Assembly (NCBI RefSeq): GCF_000017305.1
Contig: NC_009664.2
Span: 2,700,001-2,732,000, forward strand
Length of the DNA stretch: 32,000 bases
Direction of reading: 5' to 3'
Source: Kineococcus radiotolerans SRS30216 = ATCC BAA-149
GTDB taxonomy: Bacteria > Actinomycetota > Actinomycetes > Actinomycetales > Kineococcaceae
Shown here: one piece after another, positions 25,273 through 32,000 of the stretch
Position numbering within the stretch: position 1 is the first letter of the stretch
Layout: each line of letters opens with the position of its first letter
Position numbers and translations under genes: made by a program
Notes under the pieces: generated by a model
Told to the model about the DNA's origin: nothing
Seen by the model: only the letters and a program-made list of their open reading frames with translations
Database searches by the model: none

Positions 25273-26327
25273 CGGATCCTCGCGTCGACGGTCCCCGCGA
25301 CGAGCGCCGGGTCCACCGGACCCCCGGTGCGCACGGAGGCTATGCAGGACAACGCGATCGAGAGGGCGCGCCGGGCATCGTGCCCGGTGACGGCGGGACG
25401 CCGCCCCTCGCGCACCGCGGCGACGAACTCGGTGAGTTCCCCGGCGTAGGCGTCGCCGAAGAGTTCCACGTCCGAGCGGGGGGTCGCGCTGTGACGGCCG
25501 TCGGCGTCGAAGAGCTGCAGCGCGGTCCGGGGTTCCTCCCCGATCCGCAGCGTGCCCGCGGACCCGAAGACCTCCCCGCGCACGTCGTAGCCGTAGCCGG
25601 CGGAGAAGTTCGCCTCGGCCACCGCGATGGCGCCGTCGTCGAAGCGGATCGTCACGACCGCGGTGTCCAGCAGCCCGGCCTCCTTGAACTCCGGGGCGAC
25701 GAGGGCGTCGGCGACGGCGTAGACCGAGACGGGTTCGGCGCCCGGGTGGAGCCAGAGGATCGTGTCGAAGTCGTGGATGAGGGTCAGCACGAACACCGCC
25801 CAGGCCGGCACGGCCGCCGGGTTCGGCAGCCCGGGGTCGCGGGTGAGCGAGCGCAGCAGCTGCGGGCGCCCGATGCGCCCGGCGTCGACGGCGGCGCGGG
25901 CGGCGGCGAACTCGGGGGCGAAGCGCCGGTTGAACCCGACCTGGAACGCGACGCCCGCGGCCTCGGTGGCGGCGATCCCGCGGTCGAGCTCGGCCAGCGA
26001 GAGCCCGGCGGGCTTCTCGCAGAACACCGCCTTGCCCGCCCGGGCCGCCGCCTCGACGAGGTCGGCGTGGGCCTCGGTGCTGGCCGTGACGACCACGGCG
26101 TCCACGTCGTCGCGGGCCAGCAGCTCGGCCGGGCTCTCCACGCCGACCGCCCCGAGCGGGCCGGCCAGGGCGGCCGCGGCGCCGGGGCGGGGGTCGGCCA
26201 CGGCGACGAGCCGTGCGCCGGGGACGCGGATGGCCAGCAGCCGGGCGTGCGAGGTGCCGATGCGGCCGGCGCCGACCAGGCCGATCCCGGTGGTGCTCGC
26301 GTCGCCGTCGACGGGGGGCGTGCTCAT
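25269..26327 (-). CDS. Gfo/Idh/MocA family oxidoreductase (inositol/sugar dehydrogenase-like)
   Basis: The Rossmann motif is IGLVGAGRIG. The blocks D.VVV.(T/A)S...H and GK.VFCEKP are also present. The ATG at 26327 is preceded by GGAGAGGA. Confidence 0.85.
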   Translation of the reverse strand: MSTPPVDGDASTTGIGLVGAGRIGTSHARLLAIRVPGARLVAVADPRPGAAAALAGPLGAVGVESPAELLARDDVDAVVVTASTEAHADLVEAAARAGKAVFCEKPAGLSLAELDRGIAATEAAGVAFQVGFNRRFAPEFAAARAAVDAGRIGRPQLLRSLTRDPGLPNPAAVPAWAVFVLTLIHDFDTILWLHPGAEPVSVYAVADALVAPEFKEAGLLDTAVVTIRFDDGAIAVAEANFSAGYGYDVRGEVFGSAGTLRIGEEPRTALQLFDADGRHSATPRSDVELFGDAYAGELTEFVAAVREGRRPAVTGHDARRALSIALSCIASVRTGGPVDPALVAGTVDARIR

Positions 26328-26350
26328 CGATCCTGGTCCTCTCCCGAAAC

Positions 26351-26370
26351 CCCCTAGAGCGCTCTAGGGG
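26351..26370. promoter_or_regulatory. Perfect 20-bp palindrome CCCCTAGAGC|GCTCTAGGGG, a candidate LacI-family operator
   Basis: Read directly. It has the central CG typical of LacI/GalR operators. It lies between the divergent lacI-type gene and the dehydrogenase/isomerase operon, just upstream of the latter's SD. Confidence 0.55.
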
Positions 26371-26424
26371 TGGATCGCTCCAGGGTGTCCGCTCCGCCGG
26401 GCCCCGTCAAGCGGTCGCGGTCGT

Positions 26425-26430
26425 TAGGGT
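26425..26430 (+). promoter_or_regulatory. Candidate -10 hexamer TAGGGT for a leaderless LacI-family regulator transcript
   Basis: CGTTAGGGT ends 6 nt before the GTG at 26437, with no SD. Confidence 0.4.
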
Positions 26431-26436
26431 GCTGCG

Positions 26437-27444
26437 GTGACGCCCGAACGTGCCCAGCCGGTGACGATGGCGGACGTCGCCGCCCGGGCCGGGGTGTCCC
26501 GCGCCCTGGTCTCCATCGTCCTGCGCGGGGTTCCCGGGGCCAGCGCGACCAACCGCGAGCGGGTGCTGCGCGCCGCCGCGGAGCTCGACTACCACCCCGA
26601 CGAACGGGCCCGGCTGCTCGGGTCCGGCCGCAGCCGCCGGCTGGGCGTCGTGCACGGCCTGCACGAACCCTTCCACGGCGAGCTCCTCGACGCCCTCTAC
26701 GCCGCGGTGGCCGGCACCCCGTGGCGGCTCACCCTCGAACCGCGCAGCCGGACCCGCCCCGAGCCGGCCGCGGTGCGGGCCCTGCTCGACCAGCGGGTCG
26801 AGGCGCTGGTCCTCCTCGGTCCCGGGTCCGGGCGCGCGGCGCTGCAGGAGCTCGGCGCCCGGGTGCCGGTCGTCGTGGTCGCGCGGGCGCTGCCGCGGGT
26901 GGACGCCGGGGTGGTGCGCACCGACGACGACGCCGGGGCCCGCCTGGCCGTGGAGCACCTCCTCGCCCTCGGCCACCGGCGCGTCGTCCACGTCCACGGC
27001 GGCCGCGCCCCGGGGGCCGCCGAACGGCGGGCCGGGTACCGCCGCGCGGTGCGGGAGGCGGGTCTGCGCCCGGAGCTCGTCGCCGGGGGCGGGGACGGCG
27101 CCGCGGGCGAGGCCGCCGCCGCGGCCCTGCTGGCGGGCCCCCCGCCGGAGGCGGTCCTCGCCTTCAACGACGAGTGCGCCGCCGGTCTCCTGCACGCCCT
27201 GCGGGCCCGGGGGACCGCGGTGCCCGCCGACGTGTCCCTCGTCGGGTTCGACGACAGCACCGTCGCGGCGCTGTCCACGGTGTCGCTCACGACCGTGGCC
27301 CAGGACCCCGCCGCCCTGGCCCGGCACGCCGTCGCGGAGGCCGTCGCCCGCGTCGAGGGGGACACCGACCGTCCCGAGGTGGTCGTGGCGCCGCGCCTGG
27401 TCGTGCGCGGCACCACGACCGGCCGGGCGCGGGGGAGCGGCTGA
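26437..27444 (+). CDS. LacI family transcriptional regulator
   Basis: The N-terminal HTH reads VTMADVAARAGVSRALVSIVLRG....S...RERVL.AA.EL.Y.P. The C-terminal part is a periplasmic-binding-protein-like sugar-binding fold (VGFDD...). Confidence 0.9.
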   Translation: MTPERAQPVTMADVAARAGVSRALVSIVLRGVPGASATNRERVLRAAAELDYHPDERARLLGSGRSRRLGVVHGLHEPFHGELLDALYAAVAGTPWRLTLEPRSRTRPEPAAVRALLDQRVEALVLLGPGSGRAALQELGARVPVVVVARALPRVDAGVVRTDDDAGARLAVEHLLALGHRRVVHVHGGRAPGAAERRAGYRRAVREAGLRPELVAGGGDGAAGEAAAAALLAGPPPEAVLAFNDECAAGLLHALRARGTAVPADVSLVGFDDSTVAALSTVSLTTVAQDPAALARHAVAEAVARVEGDTDRPEVVVAPRLVVRGTTTGRARGSG

Positions 27445-27454
27445 GGGGGCCGGT

Positions 27455-28681
27455 TCAGCCGGTGGGCCGGTTCCCGCGGTACCTCGCCCAGGGGTCGAAG
27501 TCGACCTCCAGCGCCGCCTGCGGCGGCCGCTGCGCCTCGGGGACGTGCCGGAGGTTCACCCGCACCCGGTACCAGAGGGAGCTGCTGCCGCGCATCCCGT
27601 CCACCAGGACGTCGGACTCGGTGAGCAGCGGGACGACGTCGGGGTGCTTCGCCTTCCACGACTCCAGACCGGCGAGGACCTCCGGCTTCGTCCGGGCCCG
27701 GGCGACCTCGATCAGCGGCATCGTCACCGTCCGCGACCCGGTGCCCTTCGGGGCCTTCTCCGCGGGGCCCATCCGCTCGGCCAGGGCCAGCAGGGCCTCC
27801 AGCGAACCGCCCGTCCCGTCCATCCCCGCCCACGGGTCGCCGCCGAGCTCCGCCCAGCGCCGCGGGACGGTGAGGAGGGTGTGGTCCTCGGGCCGGACGT
27901 CGCGCACCTCGTCCCACGTCAGCGGGGTCGAGACCCGGGCGTCGGGGGTCGCGCGCACCGAGTAGGCGGAGGCGACGGTGCGGTCCTTGGCGTTCTGGTT
28001 GAAGTCGACGAACACGCCCTCGCCGCGTTCCTCCTTCCACCACCGGCTCGTGGCCAGGCCCCGGGCCCGGTCCTCGACCTCGCGCGCGACCGTCTCGGCC
28101 GCCAGCCGGACCTCCGGGTAGGACCACACCGGGTCGATCGGGGCGTAGACGTGGAACCCCCGCGACCCCGACGTCTTCGGCCACGCGGTCAGGCCGTGGT
28201 CGGCGAGGACCTCGCGGGCGACGAACGCGACGTCGACGATCTGGTGCCAGTCCACGCCGGGCTGCGGGTCGAGGTCGATGCGCAGCTCCACCGGGTGCTC
28301 GAGGTCCTCGGCCAGCACCGGGTGGGGGTTGAGGTCGACGCAGTTGAGGTTGAGCACCCAGGCCAGCGAGGCCTCGTCCCGCACCACCGTCTCGGCCGCC
28401 GACGTCCCCCGCGCGTAGCGCAGTTCCGCGACCTCGATCCAGTCCGGGCGCTTCTCCGGGGCCCGCTTCTGGAACACCGCCTCGGCCTCGATGCCCTTGA
28501 CGAACCGCTTCAGCACCATCGGCCGGCCGCGGACCCCGCGCAGGACGCCGTCGGCGACGCTCAGGTAGTAGCGGACGAGGTCCAGCTTCGTGGTCCCGCT
28601 GCGGGCGAACACGACCTTGTCCGGGTTCGTGACCACGACCTCGCGGCCGGCGAGCTCCAGGACGGTCTGCGGGGACGCCAC
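27455..28681 (-). CDS. Stand-alone LigD-polymerase-like primase-polymerase (NHEJ AEP family) with a C-terminal extension of about 100 aa
   Basis: PolDom blocks are present: VTNPDKV.F, TK.DLVRYY, the metal site RIDLDP, TSGSRGFHVY, VFVDFNQNAKDRTVASAYSVR, STPL.W.E and GDPWA. Residues from about 306 to 408 lie beyond the canonical domain. Confidence 0.85.
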   Translation of the reverse strand: MASPQTVLELAGREVVVTNPDKVVFARSGTTKLDLVRYYLSVADGVLRGVRGRPMVLKRFVKGIEAEAVFQKRAPEKRPDWIEVAELRYARGTSAAETVVRDEASLAWVLNLNCVDLNPHPVLAEDLEHPVELRIDLDPQPGVDWHQIVDVAFVAREVLADHGLTAWPKTSGSRGFHVYAPIDPVWSYPEVRLAAETVAREVEDRARGLATSRWWKEERGEGVFVDFNQNAKDRTVASAYSVRATPDARVSTPLTWDEVRDVRPEDHTLLTVPRRWAELGGDPWAGMDGTGGSLEALLALAERMGPAEKAPKGTGSRTVTMPLIEVARARTKPEVLAGLESWKAKHPDVVPLLTESDVLVDGMRGSSSLWYRVRVNLRHVPEAQRPPQAALEVDFDPWARYRGNRPTG

Positions 28682-28702
28682 GCAGCCGAGACTAGGGCCG
28701 CT

Positions 28703-29635
28703 TCAGACCCGCCGCAGCGCGTCGTGGCGCAGCGCGGCGTGCACGCCCCAGGTCTCGTTGGCGACCTGGGTGACGCGCAGGTCCGCGCAGGTGCTCAGCA
28801 GGGCCAGCGCGGTGGAGCGGTCGAGGCCGTGCTCGGCGGCGACCCAGGTCACCAGGTCGCCCAGCGCGGTGTCCGTCGCGGTGTTCAGGTCCGCGTCGAA
28901 GCCGAAGGTGATCCGCTCGGTGGGGGTGACGGCGTGCACCGAGGGCAGCGCGGGGGCGTCGACGACGGCGACGGTGAGCTCGCTGGTGGTGCCGCACTCG
29001 ACCGCGGTGCCGCAGACCTCGCCGTCGCCCTGCGCGGCGTGCCCGTCGCCCAGGCACAGCAGCGCACCCGGCACGTGGACGGGCAGGTACAGGGTGCTGC
29101 CCGCGACCAGGGACCGGCAGTCGACGTTGCCGCCGTGCCCGGTCCGCGGCGGGGTGGTGGGGTGCTCGCCGGGTGCGGCGGGGGTGGTGCCGACGACCCC
29201 GAGGAACGGGGCGGTGTCCACGGTGAACCCGAGCTGGTTCGTGGCGGTGCCCGCCTCGTCGTCGATGTCCCACAGCAGCTCGACGGGCGTCGTGGCGCCC
29301 AGGCGGGAGTTCAGCGGGGAGGGGAACCCCGCGCTCGTCCAGCCCCAGCCGGAGGTCCGCACCGAGTGCAGGGTGACGGCGAGGACGTCGCCGGGTCCCG
29401 CCCCGCGCACCGCGACCGGCCCGGCCAGGCAGTGCCCGCGCGAGACCGGGAACCGCCGCGGCGCCGCGGCGCCGGGGTGCGCGGGGCGTTCCAGGAAGCC
29501 GCGTGCGTCGAGGGCCTCCACGACGAAGCGCTCGCCGGGTTCGACCGTCAGCACGGGCGGGCGGGCGGGGTCGAAGACGTCGGTGACGGACTCGGGGTCG
29601 GGGCGCAGGACCTGGTTCACGCCCCGATCCTGCAC
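28703..29635 (-). CDS. Acetamidase/formamidase (FmdA/AmdA) family amidohydrolase
   Basis: The blocks GGNVDCR.L..GSTLYLPV.V.GALL..GD.HAAQGDGEV.GTA.E are characteristic of the family. Confidence 0.8.
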   Translation of the reverse strand: MQDRGVNQVLRPDPESVTDVFDPARPPVLTVEPGERFVVEALDARGFLERPAHPGAAAPRRFPVSRGHCLAGPVAVRGAGPGDVLAVTLHSVRTSGWGWTSAGFPSPLNSRLGATTPVELLWDIDDEAGTATNQLGFTVDTAPFLGVVGTTPAAPGEHPTTPPRTGHGGNVDCRSLVAGSTLYLPVHVPGALLCLGDGHAAQGDGEVCGTAVECGTTSELTVAVVDAPALPSVHAVTPTERITFGFDADLNTATDTALGDLVTWVAAEHGLDRSTALALLSTCADLRVTQVANETWGVHAALRHDALRRV

Positions 29636-29653
29636 CCCCGCGCCGGCCCGGGG

Positions 29654-30433
29654 TCAGATCGGGTCGATGAGCCGCTGCAGGAACCGGCGGGTCCGCTCCT
29701 CGCGGGGGTCCTCCAGCACCGCCGCGGGCGGCCCCTGCTCGACGATGACGCCGCCGTCGAGGAACAGCACCCGGTCGGCGACCTGGCGGGCGAAGCGCAT
29801 CTCGTGGGTCACCACGACCATCGTCCAGCCCTCGGCGGCGAGGTCCTTCATCACCGCCAGCACCTCGCCCACGAGCTCGGGGTCCAGCGCGGAGGTCGGC
29901 TCGTCGAAGAGCACGATCTGGGGGCGGATGGCCAGGGCGCGGGCGATGCCGACGCGCTGCTGCTGGCCCCCGGACAACTGGTACGGGTGCTGCTCGGCCT
30001 TCTCCGCCAGCCCCACCCGTTCCAGCAGGGCGAGACCCTCGGCGCGGGCCTGCTCGCGCGGGCGGCCCTGGACGAGGACCGGCCCCTCGATGACGTTCTG
30101 CAGGACGCTGAGGTGGGGGAAGAGGTTGTGGCTCTGGAAGACCATGCCGCTCTGGGCGCGCAGCCGGGTCGTGGCCCGCTGCAGCGCCCGCCCGCGCAGG
30201 GCGGGGGAGAACTCCACGCTCACGTCCCCGATGCGGACGGTGCCCGCGTCGGGGACCTCCAGGGCGTTGAGCGAGCGCAGCACCGTCGTCTTGCCGGAAC
30301 CGGAGGGGCCGATGAGGACGGTCACCGACCCCGGCGCGGCGGTGGCGTCGATCCCGCGCAGGACCTGGTGGTCGCCGAAGGACTTCCGCAGCCCGCGGAC
30401 CTCCAGCAGCGGTTCGCTCACGTCGGGGTTCAC
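29654..30433 (-). CDS. Polar amino acid ABC transporter ATP-binding protein
   Basis: The start was trimmed to the GTG at 30433, preceded by AGGAAGG. Motifs present are Walker [10 protein letters not shown], the Q-loop MVFQ.HNLFPH, signature [15 protein letters not shown] and Walker [13 protein letters not shown]. Confidence 0.85.
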   Translation of the reverse strand: MNPDVSEPLLEVRGLRKSFGDHQVLRGIDATAAPGSVTVLIGPSGSGKTTVLRSLNALEVPDAGTVRIGDVSVEFSPALRGRALQRATTRLRAQSGMVFQSHNLFPHLSVLQNVIEGPVLVQGRPREQARAEGLALLERVGLAEKAEQHPYQLSGGQQQRVGIARALAIRPQIVLFDEPTSALDPELVGEVLAVMKDLAAEGWTMVVVTHEMRFARQVADRVLFLDGGVIVEQGPPAAVLEDPREERTRRFLQRLIDPI

Positions 30434-30465
30434 CTCGCCCTTCCTCAGGCCGTCCACCGGGCCGT

Positions 30466-31134
30466 TCACCGGGCCACGTGGCGGTTCAGGCGCGTCTCCA
30501 CGCGGGTCTGGCCGAAGGACAGGACCAGGCAGACGATCCAGTAGTAGACCGCGGCCAGGCTGTAGAGGGCGAAGAACTCGTAGGTGGGGGCCGCGATCTC
30601 GGAGGCCTTGCGCAGCAGTTCGACCACCTGGATGCTCGACGCCAGCGAGGTGTCCTTGACCAGGGAGATGAGGGTGTTCGACAGCGGCGGCACCGCGACC
30701 CGGGCCGCCTGCGGCAGCACGATGCGCCGCATCGTCGTCGGGTAGTTCATGCCGATGGTCAGCGCGGCCTCGGTCTGGCCCCGGGGGACCGAGAGGATCG
30801 CGGCGCGGACGACCTCCGAGGCGTAGCCGCCGACGTTGAGGCTGAAGGCGACGACCGCGCTGGGGAACGGGTCCCACGTCGCCCCGAACTCGGGCAGCGC
30901 GTAGTAGATGAGGAAGAGCTGCACCAGCAGCGGCGTCCCGCGGATGACCGAGACGTAGAACCGGGCGATCCCCTGCAGGACGAGGACGCTGGAGAGCCGC
31001 ATGAGGGCGACGACCAGGGCGATGACCATCCCGATCGCGAAGCTGGCGATCGTCAGCGGGATGGTGCCCCGCACGAGTCCCGTCGCGAGCGGGACGAGGG
31101 AGTCCCTCACCAGGTCCAGGGTGCTCTGGTCCAC
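30466..31134 (-). CDS. Amino acid ABC transporter permease (His/Glu/Gln/Arg/opine family)
   Basis: The blocks [15 protein letters not shown], the EAA-type loop E..R.AI.S.P.GQ.EAA...G and ISL.K.TSLAS are present. Confidence 0.85.
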   Translation of the reverse strand: MDQSTLDLVRDSLVPLATGLVRGTIPLTIASFAIGMVIALVVALMRLSSVLVLQGIARFYVSVIRGTPLLVQLFLIYYALPEFGATWDPFPSAVVAFSLNVGGYASEVVRAAILSVPRGQTEAALTIGMNYPTTMRRIVLPQAARVAVPPLSNTLISLVKDTSLASSIQVVELLRKASEIAAPTYEFFALYSLAAVYYWIVCLVLSFGQTRVETRLNRHVAR

Positions 31135-31166
31135 GTGCCGCCTCCCTCGTCCGCGTGCTCGTCAGG

Positions 31167-31973
31167 TCAGCCGGCGGCCGGGCCCGAGACGTCCTGGCCG
31201 AACCACTTCTGCGAGATCTCGGCCAGCGTGCCGTCGGCCTTCAGCTTCGCCAGCGCGTCGCTGACCTGCTGGGCAGTCTCGGCCTCGTCCTTGCGGAAGA
31301 CGAAGCCCTGCTCGGTCCGGTCGTCGGTCTCGGCGGCGATCTTGACGCCGGTGTCGCCGGAGGTCTTGAGGTAGTCCAGCACGGCGAGCTGGTCGTTGAC
31401 CGTCACGTCGACGCGGCCCTGCTTGAGCAGGGTCATCGCCTGGGTGAGCCCCTCGACGGCCTCGACCTTCGCGCCCGCCTCCGTCGCGGTCTGGGCCCAG
31501 TTGCTCGTCGTGGACTGCGCGGAGGTCTTGCCCGCGATGTCGGCCAGCGAGGTCACCGAGGTGTCGTCGGCGCGGGTCACGACGACGCCGGTGGAGACGG
31601 TGTACGGGGCGGAGAAGACGTACTTGGCCTCGCGCTCGGCGGTGATGGACACCTGGTTGGCGATGCCGTCGTAGCGCTTGGCCTCCATCCCGGCGAAGAG
31701 GGAGTCCCAGTTGTTCTCGGAGAACTCCACGTCGCGGCCGAGCTGCTCGCCCACGGCCTTGGCGACGTCGATGTCGTAGCCGACGAGGTCGTTGGTCTTC
31801 TCGTCGTGGTAGCTGAAGGGGGCGTAGGTGCCCTCGGTGCCGAACGTCAGCGCCTCCTGCGAGGAGCCGGAGGAGCTCCCGCTGCCGCTGGTGCTGGTGT
31901 CGCCACCGCCGCAGGCGGCCAGGAGGCCGGTGAGGGCGAGGGCGCTGAGGGTGCCGAGGGTCCTGCGACGCAT
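31167..31973 (-). CDS. Amino acid ABC transporter substrate-binding lipoprotein (family 3 SBP)
   Basis: A signal peptide with lipobox LLAACGG is followed by a Ser/Gly linker. The blocks GYDIDVA.A....LG, W....G...RYD....... and F.F.K are typical of polar amino acid SBPs. Confidence 0.85.
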   Translation of the reverse strand: MRRRTLGTLSALALTGLLAACGGGDTSTSGSGSSSGSSQEALTFGTEGTYAPFSYHDEKTNDLVGYDIDVAKAVGEQLGRDVEFSENNWDSLFAGMEAKRYDGIANQVSITAEREAKYVFSAPYTVSTGVVVTRADDTSVTSLADIAGKTSAQSTTSNWAQTATEAGAKVEAVEGLTQAMTLLKQGRVDVTVNDQLAVLDYLKTSGDTGVKIAAETDDRTEQGFVFRKDEAETAQQVSDALAKLKADGTLAEISQKWFGQDVSGPAAG

Positions 31974-32000
31974 GAGTGGGGTGTCCTCCCGTGGGTGGGC

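Overview
The window is a very GC-rich, densely packed chromosomal segment with clear actinobacterial gene content (rpf, dprE1, leaderless GTG starts, 4-nt GTGA gene overlaps). I support 32 protein-coding genes and found no rRNA, tRNA, CRISPR array or mobile element.

Gene order, left to right:
- A partial hotdog thioesterase and dedA.
- An ankyrin-repeat gene.
- A MerR-HTH/TOBE regulator co-transcribed with modABC.
- An ABC-2 exporter pair.
- A SpoU-type methyltransferase.
- A Gfo/Idh/MocA oxidoreductase.
- An Rpf-LysM resuscitation-promoting factor, preceded by a ydaO-class c-di-AMP riboswitch that the ORF track cannot show.
- A PlsC-type acyltransferase next to a fatty acyl reductase-HAD fusion.
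- cstA and ybdD.
- Three small genes (hypothetical, minimal zincin, TPR-like).
- A HAD-IIA hydrolase and deoC.
- A c-di-GMP cluster: a 10-TM GGDEF protein, a TPR-GGDEF protein and a GAF-EAL protein, surrounding a dprE1 homologue with no adjacent dprE2.
- A LacI-controlled isomerase/dehydrogenase pair.
- A stand-alone LigD-polymerase-like gene.
- An amidase with a polar amino acid ABC importer.

Most worth a second look:
- The riboswitch-rpf unit.
- The FAR-HAD plus acyltransferase lipid module, whose HAD motif I is altered.
- The c-di-GMP enzymes around the orphan dprE1, which carries Ala at the position of the benzothiazinone-target Cys.
- Twin palindromes at the leaderless mod regulator promoter.
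- A recurring GTTAGNNT-N6/7-GTG leaderless promoter signature.

I see no clear-cut new defence or mobile system. All novelty claims are inference from domain architecture and motifs read by eye. The many long antisense ORFs in the track are GC-driven shadow frames.
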